From positions 62,001 through 126,000 of the IMG/VR virus record IMGVR_UViG_3300005253_001115: 64,000 bases of DNA; one strand, given 5' to 3'. A program made the translations under genes and the position numbers. The notes beneath the pieces are model-generated. The model was given only the letters and a program-made list of their open reading frames with translations, was not told the origin of the DNA and searched no databases. Positions 33,001 through 40,633 of this stretch are shown here, piece after piece; the stretch's first letter is position 1; each line of letters opens with the position of its first letter.

Positions 33001-36000
33001 ATGGCATCCAATCCTAGTTTTCGACTGGTAAACACGCGATACGTGCCGCCCGGTGTATACATCGGACAGCTCATTATCCCCAGGCCCACGAACCTCACGG
33101 CAGACGCAAGGCTGCCCGCCTTCATTGGCGTTGGTAACCGATTGGCCGAGGGTAAAAACATCGCGATTCGGCGCTCTTTCATCTTCGAAGAGTCGCTTGC
33201 GTTTACGTCACTTTCACCCCACGTAGCGCAGCTCGTATTCAATGCAGATCAGGACCAGAACGCTCCGGGCATCCAGCTCCGTAAGCAGGACGGTACTGTC
33301 GTGCGTACTGACTTCTGGAACTTCACAGAGAGCGTAAGCGACAGCGGTGTATTCGATCAGGTAACCATCTCGCTAGAGGCTTTCGATCCGACTGCCACCT
33401 ACCTCATTGATTACCAGTCAGTCGAGCGCACCCCGCAGGATGTGATTCCGGTCGAGGAACTTCGAGAAGTTGTTACCGTTGGACTGTCGGAGGATGCTCC
33501 CCAGTTCCGAGAGAACATCGACTTCTTCATCGTAACTGATGTAACTGACCCGCTTGCTGACCTTGGTAACGTAAACACGGACTCGGTTCCCGAGGCGGTT
33601 TCGGCCGACGCTGGTAACACGGGTGCCATGGTTATCACGCAGGCTACATCTTCCGAGTTCGCTCATAACTACAACCGCTACTATACTCTAGAGTGCAACA
33701 ATGCTTCAGGTTCTTCTCCGAACCGGACGGCTTCATTCCTTCTTCGCAGTATACCCGCTGGGGGCGGTAACAACGCCCTTCCGCCGCGACCACTAAACGC
33801 TATAGAGGCTGCTACTACTCTCGTGATTACAGAGGGAGTAAACCAGTTCAGTATCGAGATTGAACTTGGAATCGAGCTTGACTTCGCATTCCCGGCCGGT
33901 TCAGGTAACGCCGCAGTAGCAGATGAGTTCGCCTTCCACGGCTTTGGCCCTGGTCTGGTTGAGCCTGACGCTCGCTACGACAACACGAACCAATTCCCCG
34001 AAGCTACAGGCATTGTAGTTGGCGATTCGAACTCCGGCTCCGGCTCCATCGCCGTGGCCACTACGACGGACTTCACCCGTGACTTTAACACTGGGTTCTC
34101 CCTACGTGTTGTAGGCATCGCAGGTTCCTCTCCTACCCGGACAGTAACCTTCGCATGGGCGTCGTTCATCGAGCTTGGCCCGGACGGAACTTTCACGGCA
34201 GATGAGGCTGTACCCAACACGCTGACGGAGAGTCTAGCTTTCGGTGTCGATGTAGACATCAGCTTCGGCTCCTCGAACTTCGCAGTTGGTGACGACTTCG
34301 CCTTCATTGCAAATGCTCCGGCTCTACGGTACTCCGGTAAGGACAACCGAACTTACACCCTGACGACCGGCTCCACAGCCAACATCGTGAGCCTCCCTGT
34401 TGCTCAGACTGACCCGCTGACTAGCAGCCTCCTGTCCGTTCCCCGTGTTGTGGGTACTGCGGTTGGTGAGTTCAACACGGATACTCCTGAGGGCGGCTTC
34501 GGTTCCTACGAAGCTAGCCAGCAGAACTGGTTCGATCCGCTGAACCCTGATGCCCGCACCGGCCACTTTCTCTTCCCTGATAACGTCAAGATGGCGTTCC
34601 GTAATCAGTGTCGAGGCGATGGTTTCGCAGGTAACCGTGAGCAGGGTGGCGACAAGCACTCCTTCACTGCAAACGATCAGAACACCATCGACTGGAGCCT
34701 GGTACAGCAGCGAGAGCAAGAGTTTGAGACGGACGATCTTATCGTAGATGTAAATGGAACTGTTACGGGTATCCCTGGTCAGACCTACATCATTCTCGCT
34801 GAGATTCCTGAGGACGGCACTGTTGCGGTAGTTACCACTTCGGGTCTGGTTCCGGTAGCCTCGGTAGAGGTTCCTGGTTCTCCCTTCGTGTCACTTCCGG
34901 TGACTCCGACCGAGACGGTTACCGCCTCTTACGATACTCGTGGCTCTGAGCCCGATCCGGGTCAGCTCTACTACTTCACAGGAAACTTCCTGCGTGGTAC
35001 AGAACTGTACAACACTCCGATCCTTGTACTCGACCGTGATGACGGACGTACTCTCCTGGGTCCGCCCTCTGTAGACAACCATCTGCACATCACCAACGAG
35101 CTTGCGTTCGACAACAACGTATTCGGTGCCTATTACATTCAGGTAGCCGACGCAGACGAAGACGGCGTGTTCCAGCAGACAGACTTCAAGACGGCGCTTC
35201 TAGCAACCGAGAATGTGGAAACGATCACAGATCGCGTGGTCCTGGCCCGCCAGGACGCTTGGGGTGACCAGCTTGCAGTCAACGAGCGAGCCAACGATCC
35301 CTTCGCACGACGCGAGTCGCTTGATTGGTTCGGTGCTCCGATTGGTACCCCGATTGGTGACCGCCAGACTGCCGACACGCTTCGCTTCATTGCGGATAAG
35401 CCGCTACGAGTGTTCGGCAACTCCCCCTCCCACGGTACCAGAATTCTGGCAGGACCGACGCAGGCTACAGTTAACATCGTCCTACAGTCTGGTGATACCG
35501 TAGAGGTTACAGTTGACGGGTCGTTCGTCGCTGCCGCTCTGGCATCGCTAACAGCTAGTTTCGCAGATCCGGCCAACACGGTTCTCAAGAAGAACCTCGC
35601 TGGCTTCACGAGTGTACAGACGTACACCCCGAAGGAGAACGCGCTACTCGGTGATGCTGGTGCAATCTACGTAACCGATCTCGGTAACGGTGTCGTCCGT
35701 ATCGAAGAGGATACAACGGTTGACACGTTCGCCATTGACTTCTACCTAATCTCGGCCATGACGCAAAAGCAGTTCGTGACCAAGGTTGTACGTAGGGAGA
35801 TGGCTAACTCGGTCATCGCGCTGATCGTGCCTAGCGCTGCTGCCGGTGTTGGCATCATCAAGGCTAGCCTCTCTGCCATCTTGCTCGGCCTTCTTGGTCA
35901 AGGCATCATCGGTCAGTACGAGGACGATCAGCAAAACGTAAGGAAGTTTGACCCCGAGGCAGACGTGGTAGTTTTCCGAGATTCGGCAGATTCCACTCTC

Positions 36001-36105
36001 TACCACATGTTCTACGCATACTTCCTGCGATTCCCGATCAAGCGCGTGTTTGGTCTATTTACCGTAAACACAAACGATTTCGGCGTGGGGTCAGGTAACC
36101 CGTAA
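33001..36105 (+). CDS. Tail sheath protein
   Basis: N-terminal YVPPGVY motif and a C-terminal sheath-core pattern (SFVAAALASL...GF...AIYVT..GNG..RIEEDTT..F...IS...QK..V..VR...Y.LRFPIKR.F). The tube gene follows. Confidence 0.85.
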   Translation: MASNPSFRLVNTRYVPPGVYIGQLIIPRPTNLTADARLPAFIGVGNRLAEGKNIAIRRSFIFEESLAFTSLSPHVAQLVFNADQDQNAPGIQLRKQDGTVVRTDFWNFTESVSDSGVFDQVTISLEAFDPTATYLIDYQSVERTPQDVIPVEELREVVTVGLSEDAPQFRENIDFFIVTDVTDPLADLGNVNTDSVPEAVSADAGNTGAMVITQATSSEFAHNYNRYYTLECNNASGSSPNRTASFLLRSIPAGGGNNALPPRPLNAIEAATTLVITEGVNQFSIEIELGIELDFAFPAGSGNAAVADEFAFHGFGPGLVEPDARYDNTNQFPEATGIVVGDSNSGSGSIAVATTTDFTRDFNTGFSLRVVGIAGSSPTRTVTFAWASFIELGPDGTFTADEAVPNTLTESLAFGVDVDISFGSSNFAVGDDFAFIANAPALRYSGKDNRTYTLTTGSTANIVSLPVAQTDPLTSSLLSVPRVVGTAVGEFNTDTPEGGFGSYEASQQNWFDPLNPDARTGHFLFPDNVKMAFRNQCRGDGFAGNREQGGDKHSFTANDQNTIDWSLVQQREQEFETDDLIVDVNGTVTGIPGQTYIILAEIPEDGTVAVVTTSGLVPVASVEVPGSPFVSLPVTPTETVTASYDTRGSEPDPGQLYYFTGNFLRGTELYNTPILVLDRDDGRTLLGPPSVDNHLHITNELAFDNNVFGAYYIQVADADEDGVFQQTDFKTALLATENVETITDRVVLARQDAWGDQLAVNERANDPFARRESLDWFGAPIGTPIGDRQTADTLRFIADKPLRVFGNSPSHGTRILAGPTQATVNIVLQSGDTVEVTVDGSFVAAALASLTASFADPANTVLKKNLAGFTSVQTYTPKENALLGDAGAIYVTDLGNGVVRIEEDTTVDTFAIDFYLISAMTQKQFVTKVVRREMANSVIALIVPSAAAGVGIIKASLSAILLGLLGQGIIGQYEDDQQNVRKFDPEADVVVFRDSADSTLYHMFYAYFLRFPIKRVFGLFTVNTNDFGVGSGNP

Positions 36106-36129
36106 GCCCAATTAGCAAGGAGCTAAACA

Positions 36130-36513
36130 ATGCAAGGTTCACGACTTGTCACACTATGCAGGATTGCTGCCCATCTTGATTCCGAAAAAGTGGGGAAGCA
36201 CGCCCTTGCCGCACAGATCTACGACGTTCTTGCAACGCAGGTAGATCTGTCGCCCGAAGGTAAGAAGCTTCTTCAGGACTTCTTCGGGTTTGGGGTAAAC
36301 GGCGAACAAGACTTCGAGGTAGGAGATTTCGGCGAGAACGTGCCGGAGTCCGACTATCAAACGAAGCGAGATCCTTTCCTTGATCCGTCCTCGGAGCGAA
36401 TGCCTGAGCCTAAGAGCGATATGCTCGCGGGTGTCAATGAGGCTGCCGCTGCTTTGGAGAGTCATGGGGAGTTCGTTCTTGCTCGGGCCTTGAGGTTCGA
36501 GTACGGAGCGTAA
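36130..36513 (+). CDS. Hypothetical protein
   Basis: AAGGAG SD. Its stop abuts the ATG of the endonuclease. Confidence 0.7.
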   Translation: MQGSRLVTLCRIAAHLDSEKVGKHALAAQIYDVLATQVDLSPEGKKLLQDFFGFGVNGEQDFEVGDFGENVPESDYQTKRDPFLDPSSERMPEPKSDMLAGVNEAAAALESHGEFVLARALRFEYGA

Positions 36514-37302
36514 ATGGTTTACGGTAGGATCTACAAAGCTGAATTCCCTAATGGGAAGCTGTATGTAGGTCTTACCACCATGCGTTTGAAGATCCGGGTA
36601 GACTGTCACATGGGTTCTTCTCGTTCCCAGAAGCATAGAGGATGTGTAGCTTTTAACAATGCCATCCGAAAGCATGGGAAACCCGTCTTCACGGAACTTT
36701 GCACAGCGGACTCTAAGGAAGAATTGGACGCAGCGGAAGTACATTGGATTGCTAAATTGGGAACTATGGTTCCGGCTGGTTACAACATCAAAGAAGGTGG
36801 CGGTAACGGTAAGCACTCTGGAGAAACTAAGCGGAAGATGAGTAAGACCCGTGCAGGCATGAAAATGCCTCCCAGAACGCCGGAACAGTGCCTGAACTAT
36901 CGAAGGCTTGGTGAGCAGAACGCTAATTTCGGGAACCCTCGCAGTGCTGAGACACGCCAAAAAATAGGCGACGCACAGCGGGGCAATAAGAATCACCGAT
37001 TCGGAGCCAAGTGGGACGAAGAGCACTTGGTTATGTTTAGTGAAAGGCAACTAGGGGAAAAGAATCATTTTCACGGCCAGAAGCACACTGCTTCCGCTAA
37101 AGACAAGATGTCTGCGAAAAAGAGAAAATTCTCCAAAGAAGATGTAATTGAGATCTTACGACGCTCGGGGGAAGGCGAAACTCAAAAAAGTATCGCAAAA
37201 TCCTATAGTGTGAGCCCGACAACAATTAGTAGAGCTATCAACGGAAAACGCCGTTGCTACTCTAACCAAGGAGCAATAATGCCTAACCCTTCGCCTCAGT
37301 AA
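36514..37302 (+). CDS. Free-standing GIY-YIG homing endonuclease (NUMOD3 repeats, C-terminal HTH)
   Basis: GRIY-x9-LYVGLT, AE.HWI....T..P.GYN, KHSGETKRKMS / RSAETRQKIG / KHTASAKDKMS. The C-terminus reads through tube exon 1 (MPNPSP), and the TAA lies 4 nt inside the intron. Confidence 0.88.
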   Translation: MVYGRIYKAEFPNGKLYVGLTTMRLKIRVDCHMGSSRSQKHRGCVAFNNAIRKHGKPVFTELCTADSKEELDAAEVHWIAKLGTMVPAGYNIKEGGGNGKHSGETKRKMSKTRAGMKMPPRTPEQCLNYRRLGEQNANFGNPRSAETRQKIGDAQRGNKNHRFGAKWDEEHLVMFSERQLGEKNHFHGQKHTASAKDKMSAKKRKFSKEDVIEILRRSGEGETQKSIAKSYSVSPTTISRAINGKRRCYSNQGAIMPNPSPQ

Positions 37303-38096
37303 GGGGCCTTCGAGGAGTAATCCTCGTCGCAAATTCGGTGAATTCGGGGGAACCCCAAACAAGTAAAGTTGTGGGCAATCCCGAGCGAAGCCTAGAAGGA
37401 AACTTCTAGGAACGTGTAACGACTAGACCAGAGCCTAAAGCTTTAGCCACGGCAGTAAGGGTCACTCGGTTGGAGCAATCCTTCAGAGAAGCGCCGGACA
37501 TCCTAGCGGATGATGATATAGTCTGGTCCCTAGTGAAAGTTAGGGAGGTTGGCAGAAATGACCAGCCCTTACCTCGGTAAGTAACAAAACCGTTTGCAAC
37601 CAATGCTTTTGACGTTACGGTGCAGCCGCTCGAACAGGGCGCTGCTGGAGCGCCTACGACGAAGACGTACCACGGTATGTCCATTGTCGTTGGAGGCAAC
37701 ATCGTTGGACGTATCCAGTCATGGCAGCCCAACGCTTACACCCGTGAGGGTGCCCATGTTCGTGAGCTTTCTCACGTAACCTGGGGTCGTCCGATCGACT
37801 ACGTTCCGGGTCAGGCTACTGGCTATACCGTTAGCTTCACTCGCGTGGAAGTTTGGAATCAGGAGCTTGAGCTTACGCTAGGTTTCGGATCGGTCTTTGA
37901 TGACCTCATGGACCAGACTCGCCCGTGGGTTACCCAGGAATATCTCTTCCGTGGTAACGAGCTAAACAAGCTCTGGCAGTACAGCGGTTGCTGGTTCCAG
38001 ACCAAGAACAACAACAACTGGGAGTCAGGCGGCGACGCGATCGTTACGGTCGAGTGTGAGCTGGCTTACGTCTCCCGAGTAAGAGTGGCCGGATAA
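37279..38096 (+). CDS. Tail tube protein, spliced: join(37279..37296, 37593..38096), 173 aa
   Basis: AAGGAG SD at 37268 before ATG 37279. The spliced frame MPNPSP|FATNAFDVTVQPLEQG... continues into a T4 gp19-like tube fold (IGRIQSWQPN..R....VREL...P...VPG...Y.....R.E). Confidence 0.82.
37297..37592 (+). mobile_element. Group I intron (IA-like, 296 nt, no internal ORF)
   Basis: P1 GCCUC/GGGGC with a U.G pair at exon-terminal U37296; P2 37311-37326; P3 UUCGGUG/CGCCGGA; AAUCCCGAGC (Q); P6 hairpin 37391-37410; R GUGUAACGACUA; S AUGAUAUAGUC (P7 GACUA/UAGUC); P8 CAUCC/GGAUG; P9 hairpins; P9.0 GGU(37525)/ACC before terminal G37592. Splicing restores the reading frame. Confidence 0.9.
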
Positions 38097-38974
38097 TGGC
38101 TAAGCCCATCGAGTTCAACTGGACTACGCAGGAACGGATCAAGAGCCACGAGGAATATCTTCGTGGTACTCGGTCCCAGCCCCAGTCCCTTGCTGCTTCG
38201 TTGAACTGGACAACAGCCGTCGCCCCCGATACCGTCATTGATGAAGAAATGCCGGACGTTCTTGATCCCGATGTCAAGTTCCCCGACACCCTCGTGGATG
38301 ATCCCAAGGATAGCGACGACGCTGTGGATCATTCTGACGGTACCAAGCCGCACGATACCAGTGCGGCTCTCTCCTTCGCCACAAACTGGGACGCTCTGCT
38401 TGATACAGCAGGCGTTCCGACCGACGGCACCCCTCCCGATCCACTAGCAGCTCAGCAGCAGCAAGAGCAACTTGAGGAGCAGGCCGCACGACAGGCTCAG
38501 ATGATGGGTCGAGATAACGGCGGCTCACAACCCGGAATTACCAGCCCGCAGATGCCCTCTGCTCCCGCTTCTCCGCAGGTGCAGGATAAGGCCAAGCAAC
38601 GACAGCGTGCTGGCCGTGGCGTTGAGGGCGGACTAGCAGCTTGCGGGATGTTTGTAGCAGAAGCATGCCCTGATGGGGAGTGCGACAACTGCCCCTGTAA
38701 ACAGGGTATACAGGCTGCGGCTTGTGGTGTTATGCTAGCAACAGCGTGCCCGGGCAATGGGGGGTGCGGCAACAAGGTTGCTCTACTGCGTTGCCCAGAT
38801 GTCCGGGGACCAAAAAACCTTATGCCCGTTGCCAATAGAAACTGCCCAAACGGTTCTCCTATGCCTGCCGAAGGCTGCGGTGACTGCCCGGGTTGCGACG
38901 AAGATCCGACCAACCCCATGGACCCCGGGAATAAGTACGATTGGGACAGTTTCTCAACTACTCCCCGCGTCTAA
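38096..38974 (+). CDS. Hypothetical protein with Cys-rich C-terminus
   Basis: TAATG coupling to the tube gene. About a dozen Cys in the last ~115 aa. Confidence 0.7.
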   Translation: MAKPIEFNWTTQERIKSHEEYLRGTRSQPQSLAASLNWTTAVAPDTVIDEEMPDVLDPDVKFPDTLVDDPKDSDDAVDHSDGTKPHDTSAALSFATNWDALLDTAGVPTDGTPPDPLAAQQQQEQLEEQAARQAQMMGRDNGGSQPGITSPQMPSAPASPQVQDKAKQRQRAGRGVEGGLAACGMFVAEACPDGECDNCPCKQGIQAAACGVMLATACPGNGGCGNKVALLRCPDVRGPKNLMPVANRNCPNGSPMPAEGCGDCPGCDEDPTNPMDPGNKYDWDSFSTTPRV

Positions 38975-38994
38975 TAGACTAAAGTAAGTCCAGT

Positions 38995-39225
38995 ATGTTG
39001 GATAAGAACCTCTACGCACTTCCGGTCAAAGAAAACGGTAGAGCCTTTAGCTATCACTGTCTCGTATCACGTCTCGACACTCCTACCTGCACATGGACAC
39101 TTGTGCGCGGGGGCGATGTTCTGTCGTCGGGATTAGTTGAAGATGACGATGTAGCCCTCATGTTAGAGGCGCTACGAGCGGATCTTAATGGAAGGTCCGA
39201 GTGGAAAAGCTGTACCATTCATTAG
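38995..39225 (+). CDS. Hypothetical protein
   Basis: Preceded by TAGACTAAAG (38975-38984). Confidence 0.55.
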   Translation: MLDKNLYALPVKENGRAFSYHCLVSRLDTPTCTWTLVRGGDVLSSGLVEDDDVALMLEALRADLNGRSEWKSCTIH

Positions 39226-39245
39226 ACACGGATTAGGAGAACACT

Positions 39246-40157
39246 GTGGCGACGGACGACGGACGCGACCCCGATAACCCCATTGATAGAATGATGCCCC
39301 CGGCAGACAACCCGGAATACCACCGGAAGCTCAAGGTGCATCGAGACGCACAACACCAAGCGGCAGAGAACGCTGTGCTGTCAGATCCCGCTCACGCAGC
39401 TCTCGGAGACCGCCTCACACCCGTCCGTCAGGGCATTCCGCAGGCTGCCGCGCCCCAGCCCCTGCCCCCGACAGATGTGCCGCCTGTAGCCTCGCCTGTG
39501 ACGCCTCAGGAGTATACAGGGCTCACTGTAGACCCCACCCTGGCACAGGTTCAGCACATGCCCGTAGAGCCTCGGCTGCCTGAAGGGGCGGTTCCGCCTG
39601 CCGCACCTGCGGCTCCGGCTCCGGTTGCCGCCGAACTTCCCAAGACCAACCCTATCCTGGCCAAGCTTCGAGAGGACTTTGGTATCGAGAACATTCCTGT
39701 TACAGAAGTAAAGGTAAATGGGCATGTGTTCACGATGCGTGTTCTGGATGTGGGCGCTGTAACGCAGGCTTTGAGATTCGCAGATACACTTTCCATGCCC
39801 GGCTCTCCACGCGAGAATTCCATCAATCTACAGATTGCCCTGACATCGTTTGCCATCTCGGCAATTGACGGAACTCCTGTCTGGAAGGTGTTTGAGGTTG
39901 ACGTGCCAGAGTCGGAACTCGTCATGGTAGAGGGCGAAAATCGCCCCATTTTCGCGCCCATGTCTCCGCCCTCCAACGTTCGCATCCTGGGCGCTACAAA
40001 CCTGATGGACTTCCTTAGCGGGCAGGCTTCTTCTACGCTGCTGGCCGAGCTATGGGACAAGTACCAAAGTGTTGTAGACCCCCAGGGTTCTCTGGATTCC
40101 CTAATGAACTCCATTCTAGACGGGGAGGTTGAGGAACCGAGCGTCCCTTTGCCCTAA
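39246..40157 (+). CDS. Tail assembly chaperone (G-like)
   Basis: GTG start with AGGAG SD. Lies between tube and tape measure and ends at a slippery site. Confidence 0.7.
   Translation: MATDDGRDPDNPIDRMMPPADNPEYHRKLKVHRDAQHQAAENAVLSDPAHAALGDRLTPVRQGIPQAAAPQPLPPTDVPPVASPVTPQEYTGLTVDPTLAQVQHMPVEPRLPEGAVPPAAPAAPAPVAAELPKTNPILAKLREDFGIENIPVTEVKVNGHVFTMRVLDVGAVTQALRFADTLSMPGSPRENSINLQIALTSFAISAIDGTPVWKVFEVDVPESELVMVEGENRPIFAPMSPPSNVRILGATNLMDFLSGQASSTLLAELWDKYQSVVDPQGSLDSLMNSILDGEVEEPSVPLP
40145..40151 (+). promoter_or_regulatory. Programmed -1 frameshift heptamer C CCT TTG
   Basis: X XXY YYZ pattern two codons before the stop. The -1 frame is open from 40133 to 40633 and has no ATG until 40250. 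Confidence 0.75.
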
Positions 40158-40633
40158 CAGCCACGGAAGACGACCCCGATCTGGCAGTCCGTGGCTACGT
40201 CCTAGCCAAAACTGGATGGACTCTGGAGTACATAAACGGACTCTCAGAGATGCACCTGCTGTTCGCGTACCACTGGATCTCCAAGGTGGATGCCGATCAG
40301 TGGAAGCGGCTATCTTCGCACTTGGGTACTGTGTGGGATAGAGAGACTTTGGAGATGCTAAATTCTAAGGCCCCTGGCACAGGTAGGGCTTCCCCAGACA
40401 AGATTTTTGTTCCATTATCTCTTAGTATCAACCCAGATCTGCCTGAGGCGCTTCTGGGGAAGAAGCGAACTACCGCTTCTGCCTCCCAGGGGGAACCTGT
40501 TTCCACCTCTAAGGGGGATGGACTCCACACAGCAATGGCAATGCCTGAAGGGGATGAGGTCATAAACATGGGAGACTTGCCGAAGGATGAATTCTTCGGT
40601 CTGGTGTCGCAAGCGGGCCTTGCTAAGATCTAA
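40148..40633 (+). CDS. -1 frame extension of the tail chaperone (GT-like)
   Basis: FALTATEDDPDLAVRGYVLAKTGWTLEYINGLSEMHLLFAYHW... The stop overlaps the tape-measure ATG. Confidence 0.7.
   Translation, partial: FALTATEDDPDLAVRGYVLAKTGWTLEYINGLSEMHLLFAYHWISKVDADQWKRLSSHLGTVWDRETLEMLNSKAPGTGRASPDKIFVPLSLSINPDLPEALLGKKRTTASASQGEPVSTSKGDGLHTAMAMPEGDEVINMGDLPKDEFFGLVSQAGLAKI

Noticed and set aside
36130-37296. Endonuclease lying inside a larger intron that begins upstream
   Set aside because: 36130..36513 looks like a complete gene with SD and stop, and all intron core elements lie downstream of the HEG.
37300-37581. Alternative splice sites (after U37300, ending at G37581)
   Set aside because: This would also restore the frame, but its P1 pairing is poor and it lacks the P9.0 GGU/ACC match that supports 37297..37592.
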